Positions 1 to 12,010 of a DNA stretch of 64,000 bases are shown here, piece by piece. Below the pieces are notes generated by a model, which worked only from the letters and a program-made list of their open reading frames with translations, did not search any database and was not told the DNA's origin. The first letter of the stretch is position 1, and every line of letters starts with the position of its first letter. The DNA is from the human T2T-CHM13v2.0 reference genome, Homo sapiens. A program made the translations under genes and the position numbers. The stretch lies in the NCBI RefSeq assembly GCF_009914755.1, contig NC_060939.1; one strand, given 5' to 3'.

Positions 1-1250
1 CCATTTCAAGCCATTCCACTCCATTCCATTCCACTCGTTTCCTTTCCATTCGAGTCCATTCCTCTCCAGTCCATTCCGTTCAATCCATTCCATTCCAGTC
101 CATTCCATTCGAGTCCGTTCCATTCCAGTCCATTCCATTCGAGTCAATTCCATCCCATTCGATGTCTTTCCATAACGATCCATTCCATTCTATTCCTTTC
201 GATTCCATTCCATTCTATTTCATTCCATTCGATTCCCTTCCATTGGACTCCTTTCCATTCGAGTGCATTCCATTCCTTTCCATTTCTTTCCGTTCTGTAC
301 GATTCCTACCGTTCGATTTCATTTTGTTCCAGTCCATTCCTTTCGCGTCCATTCCATTCCATTTCACACCATTCGATTCCATTCCACTCGATTCCACTTC
401 GTTCCATTTCATTGCATTCCATTCTATTCAACTCTATTGCCTTCCATTCCATTCCATTCGATTACATTCCATGCGATTCCATTCGAAATCGAATCAATTA
501 CATTGCAATCCATTACTATTGAGTCCATTTTATTCCAGTCCACTGCATTCTGGTCCATTCCATTTGATTCCATTCCATTCTATTCCATTCCATACAGTTG
601 CATTCCATTGGATTCCATTCTACATCTATAAATTCAATTCGAGACCATTGCTTTTGAGTCCATTCTATATGATTCCATTCCATTCAAGTCCATTACATTT
701 GGTTCAATTCCATTCCATTCCATTCCCTTCCATTCCATTCCAGTTGATATCAATCCATTCGATTCCATTCCATTCGAGCACATTCCATTCGAGTCCATTC
801 CATTCGATGCCATTCCATTTGATTCTATTCCACTAGTCTCCATTCAATTCCATTAATCTCCATTCCATTCCATTCTACTCCAACTGATTCCATTCCATTA
901 TATTCCTTTCCATTCCATTTCATTCCATTCCATTCCATTTCATTCCATTCCATTCCATTCGCTTCCATTCCATTCGTGTCCATTCCACTCCAGTCCATTC
1001 CATTCGTGTCCATTCCATTCCAGTCCATTCCATTTCTGTCCACTGCATTCCATTCCACTCCATTCCATATTATTCCATTACACTCCATTCCATTCTATTA
1101 CTTTCATTTCCATTCAATTCCATTCCATTTGATTCCATTCCACTCGGTTTCATTCCATTTGAGTCCACTCCATTCCATTCCATTCCATTCCATTCAGTTC
1201 CATTCCATTCTGTTCCATTCCATTCCGTTCCATTGCATTCCATTCCATTC

Positions 1251-3043
1251 GGTACCATTCCATATTGTTCCATTCGATTCCATTCGAATCCATTCCATTC
1301 CAGTCCATTCCATTCGATTCCATTCCATTCCTTTCAATTCCATTCCATTCCATTCCATTCCACTTGATTCCACTCCATTCCCTTCCACTGCATTCCATTC
1401 GATTCCATTCCATTGCATTGCATTCCATTCCATTGGACTGCATTCCATTCGATTCCATTCCATTCGAATCAATTACATAGCAATCCATTACATTCAAGTC
1501 TATTCTATTCCGTTCCATTCGATTTCGTTCCAATCCATTCGATTCCATTCCATTCGATTCCATTCCATACTATTGCATTCCATTCGATTACATTATATTC
1601 GAATAAGTTCCATTCAAGACCATTTCTTTTGAGTCCATTCTATTTGAGTCCATTCCCTTTGATTCCTTATCATTTGAGTCCATTCAATTCCATTCCTTTC
1701 GTTTGCATTCCATTTGATGCCATTCCATTCAATTCTGTTCTACTCGACTCCAATACATTCAATTCCATTCCATCCGATTCCATTACATTCTTTTCATTTC
1801 TTATCCATTTCAAGCCATTCCACTCCATTCCATTCCACTCGTTTCCTTTCCTTTCGAGTCCATTCCTCTCCAGTCCATTCCGTTCAATCCATTCCATTCC
1901 AGTCCATTCCATTCGAGTCCGTTCCATTCCAGTCCATTCCATTCGAGTCAATTCCATTCCATTCGATGTCTTTCCATAATGATCCATTCCATTCTATTCC
2001 TTTCGATTCCATTCCATTCTATTTCATTCCATTCGATTCCCTTCCATTGGACTCCTTTCCATTCGAGTGCATTCCTTTCCGTTCCATTTCTTTCCGTTCT
2101 GTACGATTCCTACCGTTCGATTTCATTTTGTTCCAGTCCATTCTTTCGCGTCCATTCCATTCCATTTCACTCCATTCGATTCCATTCCACTCGATTCCAC
2201 TTCGTTCCATTTCATTGCATTCCATTCTATTCAACTCTATTGCCTTCCATTCCATTCCATTCGATTACATTCCATGCGATTCCATTCGAAATCGAATCAA
2301 TTACATTGCAATCCATTACTATTGAGTCCGTTTTATTCCAGTCCACTGCATTCTGGTCCATTCCATTTGATTCCATTCCATTCTATTCCATTCCATACAG
2401 TTGCATTCCATTGGATTCCATGCTATATCTATAAATTCAATTCGAGACCATTGCTTTTGAGTCCATTCTATATGATTCCATTCCATTCAAGTCCATTACA
2501 TTTGGTTCAATTCCATTCCATTCCATTCCCTTCCATTCCATTCCAGTTGATATCAATCCATTCGATTCCATTCCATTCGAGCACATTCCATTCGAGTCCA
2601 TTCCATTCGATGCCATTCCATTTGATTCTATTCCATTAGTCTCCATTCAATTCCATTAATCTCCATTCCATTCCATTCTACTCCAACTGATTCCATTCCA
2701 TTCTATTCCTTTCCATTCCATTTCATTCCATTCCATTCCATTTCATTCCATTCCATTCCATTCGTGTCCATTCCACTCCAGTCCATTCCATTCGTGTCCA
2801 TTCCATTCCAGTCCATTCCATTTGTGTCCACTGCATTCCATTCCACTCCATTCCATATTATTCCATTATACTCCATTCCATTCTATTACTTTCATTTCCA
2901 TTCAATTCCATTCCATTTGATTCCATTCCACTCGGTTTCATTCCATTTGAGTCCACTCCATTCCATTCCATTCCATTCCATTCCATTCAGTTCCATTCCA
3001 TTCTGTTCCATTCCATTCCGTTCCATTACATTCCATTCCATTC
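1251..3043 (+). repeat. Representative KpnI-to-KpnI monomer; probable D15Z1-type (chr15p) Sat III unit
   Basis: GGTACC at 1251 and 3044, once per unit. A 1.8 kb KpnI Sat III repeat is the classical definition of D15Z1. The chromosome assignment is inference from period plus restriction site. Confidence 0.7.
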
Positions 3044-6000
3044 GGTACCATTCCATATTGTTCCATTCGATTCCATTCGAATCCATTCCATTCCAGTCCA
3101 TTCCATTCGATTCCATTCCATTCATTTCAATTCCATTCCATTCCATTCCATTACATTCCACTTGATTCCTCTCCATTCCCTTCCACTGCATTCCGTTCGA
3201 TTCCATTCCATTGCATTGCATTCCATTCCATTGGATTGCATTCCATTCGATTCCATTCCATTCGAATCAATTACATAGCAATCCATTACATTCGAGTCTA
3301 TTCTATTCCGTTCCATTCGATTTCGTTCCAATCCATTCGATTCCATTCCATTCGATTCCATTCCATACTATTGCATTCCATTCTATTACATTATATTCGA
3401 ATAAGTTCCATTCAAGACCATTTCTTTTGAGTCCATTCTATTTGAGTCAATTCCCTTTGATTCCATAACATTTGAGTCCATTCAATTCCATTCCTTTCGT
3501 TCCCATTCCATTTGATGCCATTCCATTCAATTCTGTTCTACTCGACTCCAATACATTCAATTCCATTCCATCCGATTCCATTACATTCTTTTCATTTCTT
3601 ATCCATTTCAAGCCATTCCACTCCATTCCATTCCACTCGTTTCCTTTCCATTCGAGTCCATTCCTCTCCAGTCCATTCCGTTCAATCCATTCCATTCCAG
3701 TCCATTCCATTCGAGTCCGTTCCATTCCAGTCCACTCCATTCGAGTCAATTCCATCCCATTCGATGTCTTTCCATAACGATCCATTCCATTCTATTCCTT
3801 TCGATTCCATTCCATTCTATTTCATTCCATTCGATTCCCTTCCATTGGACTCCTTTCCATTCGAGTGCATTCCATTCCGTTCCATTTCTTACCGTTCTGT
3901 ACGATTCCTACCGTTCGATTTCATTTTGTTCCAGTCCATTCCTTTCGCGTCCATTCCATTCCATTTCACTCCATTCGATTCCATTCCACTCGATTCCACT
4001 TCGTTCCATTTCATTGCATTCCATTCTATTCAACTCTATTGCCTTCCATTCCATTCCATTCGATTACATTCCATGCGATTCCATTCGAAATCGAATCAAT
4101 TACATTGCAATCCATTACTATTGAGTCCATTTTATTCCAGTCCACTGCATTCTGGTCCATTCCATTTGATTCCATTCCATTCTATTCCATTCCATACAGT
4201 TGCATTCCATTGGATTCCATTCTATATCTATAAATTCAATTCGAGACCATTGCTTTTGAATCCATTCTATATGATTCCATTCCATTCAAGTCCATTACAT
4301 TTGGTTCAATTCCATTCCATTCCATTCCCTTCCATTCCATTCCAGTTGATATCAATCCATTCGATTCCATTCCATTCGAGCACATTCCATTTGAGTCCAT
4401 TCCATTCGATGCCATTCCATTTGATTCTATTCCATTAGTCTCCATTCAATTCCATTAATCTCCATTCCATTCCATTCTACTCCAACTGATTCCATTCCAT
4501 TCTATTCCTTTCCATTCCATTTCATTCCATTCCATTCCATTTCATTCCATTCCATTCCATTCGCTTCCATTCCATTCGTGTGCATTCCACTCCAGTCCAT
4601 TCCATTCGTGTCCATTCCATTCCAGTCCATTCCATTTGTGTCCACTGCATTCCATTCCACTCCATTCCATATTATTCCATTACACTCCATTCCATTCTAT
4701 TACTTTCATTTCCATTCAATTCCATTCCATTTGATTCCATTCCACTCGGTTTCATTCCATTTGAGTCCACTCCATTCCATTCCATTCCATTCCATTCAGT
4801 TCCATTCCATTCCGTTCCATTCCATTCCGTTCCATTGCATTCCATTCCATTCGGTACCATTCCATATTGTTCCATTCGATTCCATTCGAATCCATTCCAT
4901 TCCAGTCCATTCCATTCGATTCCATTCCATTCCTTTCAATTCCATTCCATTCCATTCCATTCCACTTGATTCCACTCCATTCCCTTCCACTGCATTCCAT
5001 TCGATTCCATTCCATTGCATTGCATTCCATTCCATTGGACTGCATTCCATTCGATTCCATTCCATTCGAATCAATTACATAGCAATCCATTACATTCGAG
5101 TCTATTCTATTCCGTTCCATTCGATTTCGTTCCAATCCATTCGATTCCATTCCATTCGATTCCATTCCATACTATTGCATTCCATTCGATTACATTATAT
5201 ACGAATAAGTGCCATTCAAGACCATTTCTTTTGAGTCCATTCTATTTGAGTCCATTCCCTTTGATTCCATAACATTTGAGTCCATTCAATTCCATTCCTT
5301 TCGTTTGCATTCCATTTGATGCCATTCCATTCAATTCTGTTCTACTCGACTCCAATACATTCAATTCCATTCCATCCGATTCCATTACATTCTTTTCATT
5401 TCTTATCCATTTCAAGCCATTCCACTCCATTCCATTCCACTCGTTTAATTTCCATTCGAGTCCATTCCTCTCCAGTCCATTCCGTTCAATCCATTCCATT
5501 CCAGTCCATTCCATTCGAGTCCGTTCCATTCCAGTCCATTCCATTCGAGTCAATTCCATTCCATTCGATGTCTTTCCATAACGATCCATTCCATTCTATT
5601 CCTTTCGATTCCATTCCATTCTATTTCATTCCATTCGATTCCCTTCCATTGGACTCCTTTCCATTCGAGTGCATTCCATTCCGTTCCATTTCTTTCCGTT
5701 CTGTACGATTCCTACCGTTCGATTTCGTTTTGTTCCAGTCCATTCCTTTTGCGTCCATTCCATTCCATTTCACTCCATTCGATTCCATTCTACTCGATTC
5801 CACTTCGTTCCATTTCATTGCATTCCATTCTATTCAACTCTATTGCCTTCCATTCCATTCCATTCGATTACATTCCATGCGATTGCGTTCGAAATCGAAT
5901 CAATTACATTGCAATCCATTACTATTGAGTCCGTTTTATTCCAGTGCACTGCATTCTGGTCCATTCCATTTGATTCCATTCCATTCTATTCCATTCCATA

Positions 6001-9000
6001 CAGTTGCATTCCATTGGATTCCATTCTATATCTATAAATTCAAATCGAGAACATTGCTTTTGAATCCATTCTATATGATTCCATTCCATTCAAGTCCATT
6101 ACATTTGGTTCAATTTCATTCCATTCCATTCCCTTCCATTCCATTCCAGTTGATATCAATCCATTCGATTCCATTCCATTCGAGCACATTCCATTTGAGT
6201 CCATTCCATTCGATGCCATTCCATTTGATTCTATTCCATTAGTCTCCATTCAATTCCATTAATCTCCATTCCATTCCATTCTACTCCAACTGATTCCATT
6301 CCATTCTATTCCTTTCCATTCCATTTCATTCCATTCCATTCCATTTCATTCCATTCCATTCCATTCGCTTCCATTCCATTCGTGTCCATTCCACTCCAGT
6401 CCATTCCATTCGTGTCCATTCCATTCCAGTCCATTCCATTTGTGTCCACTGCATTCCATTCCACTCCATTCCATATTATTCCATTACACTCCATTCCATT
6501 CTATTACTTTCATTTCCATTCAATTCCATTCCATTTGATTCCATTCCACTCGGTTTCATTCCATTTGAGTCCACTCCATTCCATTCCATTCCATTCCATT
6601 CAGTTCCATTCCATTCTGTTCCATTCCATTCCGTTCCATTGCATTCCATTCCATTCGGTACCATTCCATATTGTTCCATTCGATTCCATTCGAATCCATT
6701 CCATTCCAGTCCATTCCATTCGATTCCATTCCATTCCTTTCAATTCCATTCCATTCCATTCCATTCCACTTGATTCCACTCCATTCCCTTCCACTGCATT
6801 CCATTCGATTCCATTCCATTGCATTGCATTCCATTCCATTGGACTGCATTCCATTCGATTCCATTCCATTCGAATCAATTACATAGCAATCCATTACATT
6901 CGAGTCTATTCTATTCCGTTCCATTCGATTTCGTTCCAATCCATTCGATTCCATTCCATTCGATTCCATTCCATACTATTGCATTCCATTCGATTACATT
7001 ATATTCGAATAAGTGCCATTCAAGACCATTTCTTTTGAGTCCATTCTATTTGAGTCCATTCCCTTTGATTCCATAACATTTGAGTCCATTCAATTCCATT
7101 CCTTTCGTTTGCATTCCATTTGATGCCATTCCATTCAATTCTGTTCTACTCGACTCCAATACATTCAATTCCATTCCATCCGATTCCATTACATTCTTTT
7201 CATTTCTTATCCATTTCAAGCCATTCCACTCCATTCCATTCCACTCGTTTCCTTTCCATTCGAGTCCATTCCTCTCCAGTCCATTCCGTTCAATCCATTC
7301 CATTCCAGTCCATTCCATTCGAGTCCGTTCCATTCCAGTCCATTCCATTCGAGTCAATTCCATTCCATTCGATGTCTTTCCATAACGATCCATTCCATTC
7401 TATTCCTTTCGATTCCATTCCATTCTATTTCATTCCATTCGATTCCCTTCCATTGGACTCCTTTCCATTCGAGTGCATTCCATTCCGTTCCATTTCTTTC
7501 CGTTCTGTACGATTCCTACCGTTCGATTTCATTTTGTTCCAGTCCATTCCTTTCGCGTCCATTCCATTCCATTTCACTCCATTCGATTCCATTCCACTCG
7601 ATTCCACTTCGTTCCATTTCATTGCATTCCATTCTATTCAACTCTATTGCCTTCCATTCCATTCCATTCGATTACATTCCATGCGATTCCATTCGAAATC
7701 GAATCAATTACATTGCAATCCATTACTATTGAGTCCGTTTTATTCCAGTCCACTGCATTCTGGTCCATTCCATTTGATTCCATTCCATTCTATTCCATTC
7801 CATACAGTTGCATTCCATTGGATTCCATGCTATATCTATAAATTCAATTCGAGACCATTGCTTTTGAGTCCATTCTATATGATTCCATTCCATTCAAGTC
7901 CATTACATTTGGTTCAATTCCATTCCATTCCATTCCCTTCCATTCCATTCCAGTTGATATCAATCCATTCGATTCCATTCCATTCGAGCACATTCCATTC
8001 GAGTCCATTCCATTCGATGCCATTCCATTTGATTCTATTCCATTAGTCTCCATTCAATTCCATTAATCTCCATTCCATTCCATTCTACTCCAACTGATTC
8101 CATTCCATTCTATTCCTTTCCATTCCATTTCATTCCATTCCATTCCATTTCATTCCATTCCATTCCATTCGTGTCCATTCCACTCCAGTCCATTCCATTC
8201 GTGTCCATTCCATTCCAGTCCATTCCATTTGTGTCCACTGCATTCCATTACACTCCATTCCATATTATTCCATTACACTCCATTCCATTCTATTATTTTC
8301 ATTTCCATTCAATTCCATTCCATTTGATTCCATTCCACTCGGTTTCATTCCATTTGAGTCCACTCCATTCCATTCCATTCCATTCCATTCCAATCCATTC
8401 CATACAGTTCCATTCCATTCTGTTCCATTCCATTCTGTTCCATTGCATTCCATTCCATTCGGTACCATTCCATATTTTTCCATTCGATTCCATTCGAATC
8501 CATTCCATTCCAGTCCATTCCATTCGATTCCATTCCATTCCTTTCAATTCCATTCCATTCCATTCCATTCCACTTGATTCCACTCCATTCCCTTCCACTG
8601 CATTCCATTCGATTCCATTCCATTGCATTGCATTCCATTCCATTGGACTGCATTCCATTCGATTCCATTCCATTCGAATCAATTACATAGCAATCCATTA
8701 CATTCGAGTCTATTCTATTCCGTTCCATTCGATTTCGTTCCAATCCATTCGATTCCATTCCATTCGATTCCATTCCATACTATTGCATTCCATTCGATTA
8801 CATTATATTCGAATAAGTTCCATTCAAGACCATTTCTTTTGAGTCCATTCTATTTGAGTCCATTCCCTTTGATTCCATAACATTTGAGTCCATTCAATTC
8901 CATTCCTTTCGTTTGCATTCCATTTGATGCCATTCCATTCAATTCTGTTCTACTCGACTCCAATACATTCAATTCCATTCCATCCGATTCCATTACATTC

Positions 9001-11890
9001 TTTTCATTTCTTATCCATTTCAAGCCATTCCACTCCATTCCATTCCACTCGTTTCCTTTCCATTCGAGTCCATTCCTCTCCAGTCCATTCCGTTCAATCC
9101 ATTCCATTCCAGTCCATTCCATTCGAGTCCGTTCCATTCCAGTCCATTCCATTCGAGTCAATTCCATTCCATTCGATGTCTTTCCATAACGATCCATTCC
9201 ATTCTATTCCTTTCGATTCCATTCCATTCGATTCCCTTCCATTGGACTCCTTTCCATTCGAGTGCATTCCATTCCGTTCCATTTCTTTCCGTTCTGTACG
9301 ATTCCTACCGTTCGATTTCATTTTGTTCCAGTCCATTCCTTTCGCGTCCATTCCATTCCATTTCACTCCATTCGATTCCATTCCACTCGATTCCACTTCG
9401 TTCCATTTCATTGCATTCCATTCTATTCAACTCTATTGCCTTCCATTCCATTCCATTCGATTACATTCCATGCGATTCCATTCGAAATCGAATCAATTTC
9501 ATTGCAATCCATTACTATTGAGTACGTTTTATTCCAGTCCACAGCATTCTGGTCCATTCCATTTGATTCCATTCCATTTTATTCCATTCCATACAGTTGC
9601 ATTCCATTGGATTCCATGCTATATCTATAAATTCAATTCGAGACCATTGCCTTTGAGTCCATTCTATATGATTCCATTCCATTCAAGTCCATTACATTTG
9701 GTTCAATTCCATTCCATTCCATTCCCTTCCATTCCATTCCAGTTGATATCAATCCATTCGATTCCATTCCATTCGAGCACATTCCATTCGAGTCCATTCC
9801 ATTCGATGCCATTCCATTTGATTCTATTCCATTAGTCTCCATTCAATTCCATTAATCTCCATTCCATTCCATTCTACTCCAACTGATTCCATTCCATTCT
9901 AATCCTTTCCATTCCATTTCATTCCATTCCATTCCATTTCATTCCATTCCATTCCATTCGTGTCCATTCCACTCCAGTCCATTCCATTCGTGTCCATTCC
10001 ATTCCAGTCCATTCCATTTGTGTCCACTGCATTCCATTCCACTCCATTCCATATTATTCCATTACACTCCATTCCATTCTATTACTTTCATTTCCATTCA
10101 ATTCCATTCCATTTGATTCCATTCCACTCGGTTTCATTCCATTTGAGTCCACTCAATTCCATTCCATTCCATTCCATTCAGTTCCATTCCATTCTGTTCC
10201 ATTCCATTCCGTTCCATTACATTCCATTCCATTCGGTACCATTCCATATTGTTCCATTCGATTCCATTCGAATGCATTCCATTCCAGTCCATTCCATTCG
10301 ATTCCATTCCATTCATTTCAATTCCATTCCATTCCATTCCATTCCATTCCATTACATTCCACTTGATTCCTCTCCATTCCCTTCCACTGCATTCCGTTCG
10401 ATTCCATTGCATTGCATTGCATTCCATTCCATTGGATTGCATTCCATTCGATTCCATTCCATTCGAATCAATTACATAGCAATCCATTACATTCCAGTCT
10501 ATTCTATTCCGTTCCATTCGATTTCGTTCCAATCCATTCGATTCCATTCCATTCAATTCCATTCCTTACTATTGCATTCCATTCGATTACATTATATTCG
10601 AATAAGTTCCATTCAAGACCATTTCTTTTGAGTCCATTCTATTTGAGTCCATTCCCTTTGATTCCATAACATTTGAGTCCATTCAATTCCATTCCTTTCG
10701 TTTCCATTCCATTTGATGCCATTCCATTCAATTCTGTTCTACTCGACTCCAATACATTCAATTCCATTCCATCCGATTCCATTACATTCTTTTCATTTCT
10801 TATCCATTTCAAGCCATTCCACTCTATTCCATTCCACTCGTTTCCTTTCCATTCGAGTCCATTCCTCTCCAGTCCATTCCGTTCAATCCATTCCATTCCA
10901 GTCCATTCCATTCGAGTCCGTTCCATTCCAGTCCAATCCATTCGAGTCAATTCCATCCCATTCGATGTCTTTCCATAACGATCCATTCCATTCTATTCCT
11001 TTCGATTCCATTCCATTCTATTTCATTCCATTCGATTCCCTTCCATTGGACTCCTTTCCATTCGAGTGCATTCCATTCCGTTCCATTTCTTTCCGTTCTG
11101 TACGATTCCTACCGTTCGATTTCATTTTGTTCCAGTCCATTCCTTTCGCGTCCATTCCATTCCATTTCACTCCATTCGATTCCATTCCACTCGATTCCAC
11201 TTCGTTCCATTTCATTGCATTCCATTCTATTCAACTCTATTGCCTTCCATTCCATTCCATTCGATTACATTCCATGCGATTCCATTCGAAATCGAATCAA
11301 TTACATTGCAATCCATTACTATTGAGTCCATTTTATTCCAGTCCACTGCATTCTGGTCCATTCCATATGATTCCATTCCATTCTATTCCATTCCATACAG
11401 TTGCATTCCATTGGATTCCATTCTATATCTATAAATTCAATTGGAGACCATTGCTTTTGAGTCCATTCTATATGATTCCATTCCATTCAAGTCCATTACA
11501 TTTGGTTCAATTCCATTCCATTCCATTCCCTTCCATTCCATTCCAGTTGATATCAATCCATTCGATTCCATTCCATTCGAGCACATTCCATTCGAGTCCA
11601 TTCCATTCGATGCCATTCCATTTGATTCTATTCCATTAGTCTCCATTCAATTCCATTAATCTCCATTCCATTCCATTCTACTCCAACTGATTCCATTCCA
11701 TTCTATTCCTTTCCATTCCATTTCATTCCATTCCATTCCATTTCATTCCATTCCATTCCATTCGCTTCCATTCCATTCGTGTCCATTCCACTCCAGTCCA
11801 TTCCATTTGTGTCCACTGCATTCCATTCCACTCCATTCCATATTATTCCATTACACTCCATTCCATTCTATTACTTTCATTTCCATTCAA

Positions 11891-12010
11891 TTCCATTCCA
11901 TTTGATTCCATTCCACTCGGTTTCATTCCATTTGAGTCCACTCCATTCCATTCCATTTGATTCCATTCCACTCGGTTTCATTCCATTTGAGTCCACTCCA
12001 TTCCATTCCA
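11891..12010 (+). repeat. 55-bp local tandem duplication within a unit
   Basis: TTTGATTCCATTCCACTCGGTTTCATTCCATTTGAGTCCACTCC occurs twice, with CTCGG at 11916 and 11971. Confidence 0.9.

Noticed and set aside
480-500. TTCGAAATCGAATC (and GAATAAGTTC at 1601) as heat-shock elements
   Set aside because: The spacing does not fit canonical alternating nGAAnnTTCnnGAAn.
627-634. TATAAATT once per unit, resembling a TATA box
   Set aside because: A single short motif with no other promoter evidence, and oriented toward the C-rich transcript, whereas stress-induced Sat III RNA is mainly G-rich.
3512-4438. Recurrent 308-aa + strand ORF and all other (FHSIP)n / (MEWNG)n ORFs
   Set aside because: (CATTC)n and (GGAAT)n have no stop codon in any frame, so long ORFs are expected. 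The translations are pure pentamer readouts overlapping in all frames, many with TTG/GTG starts and no domain-like content.
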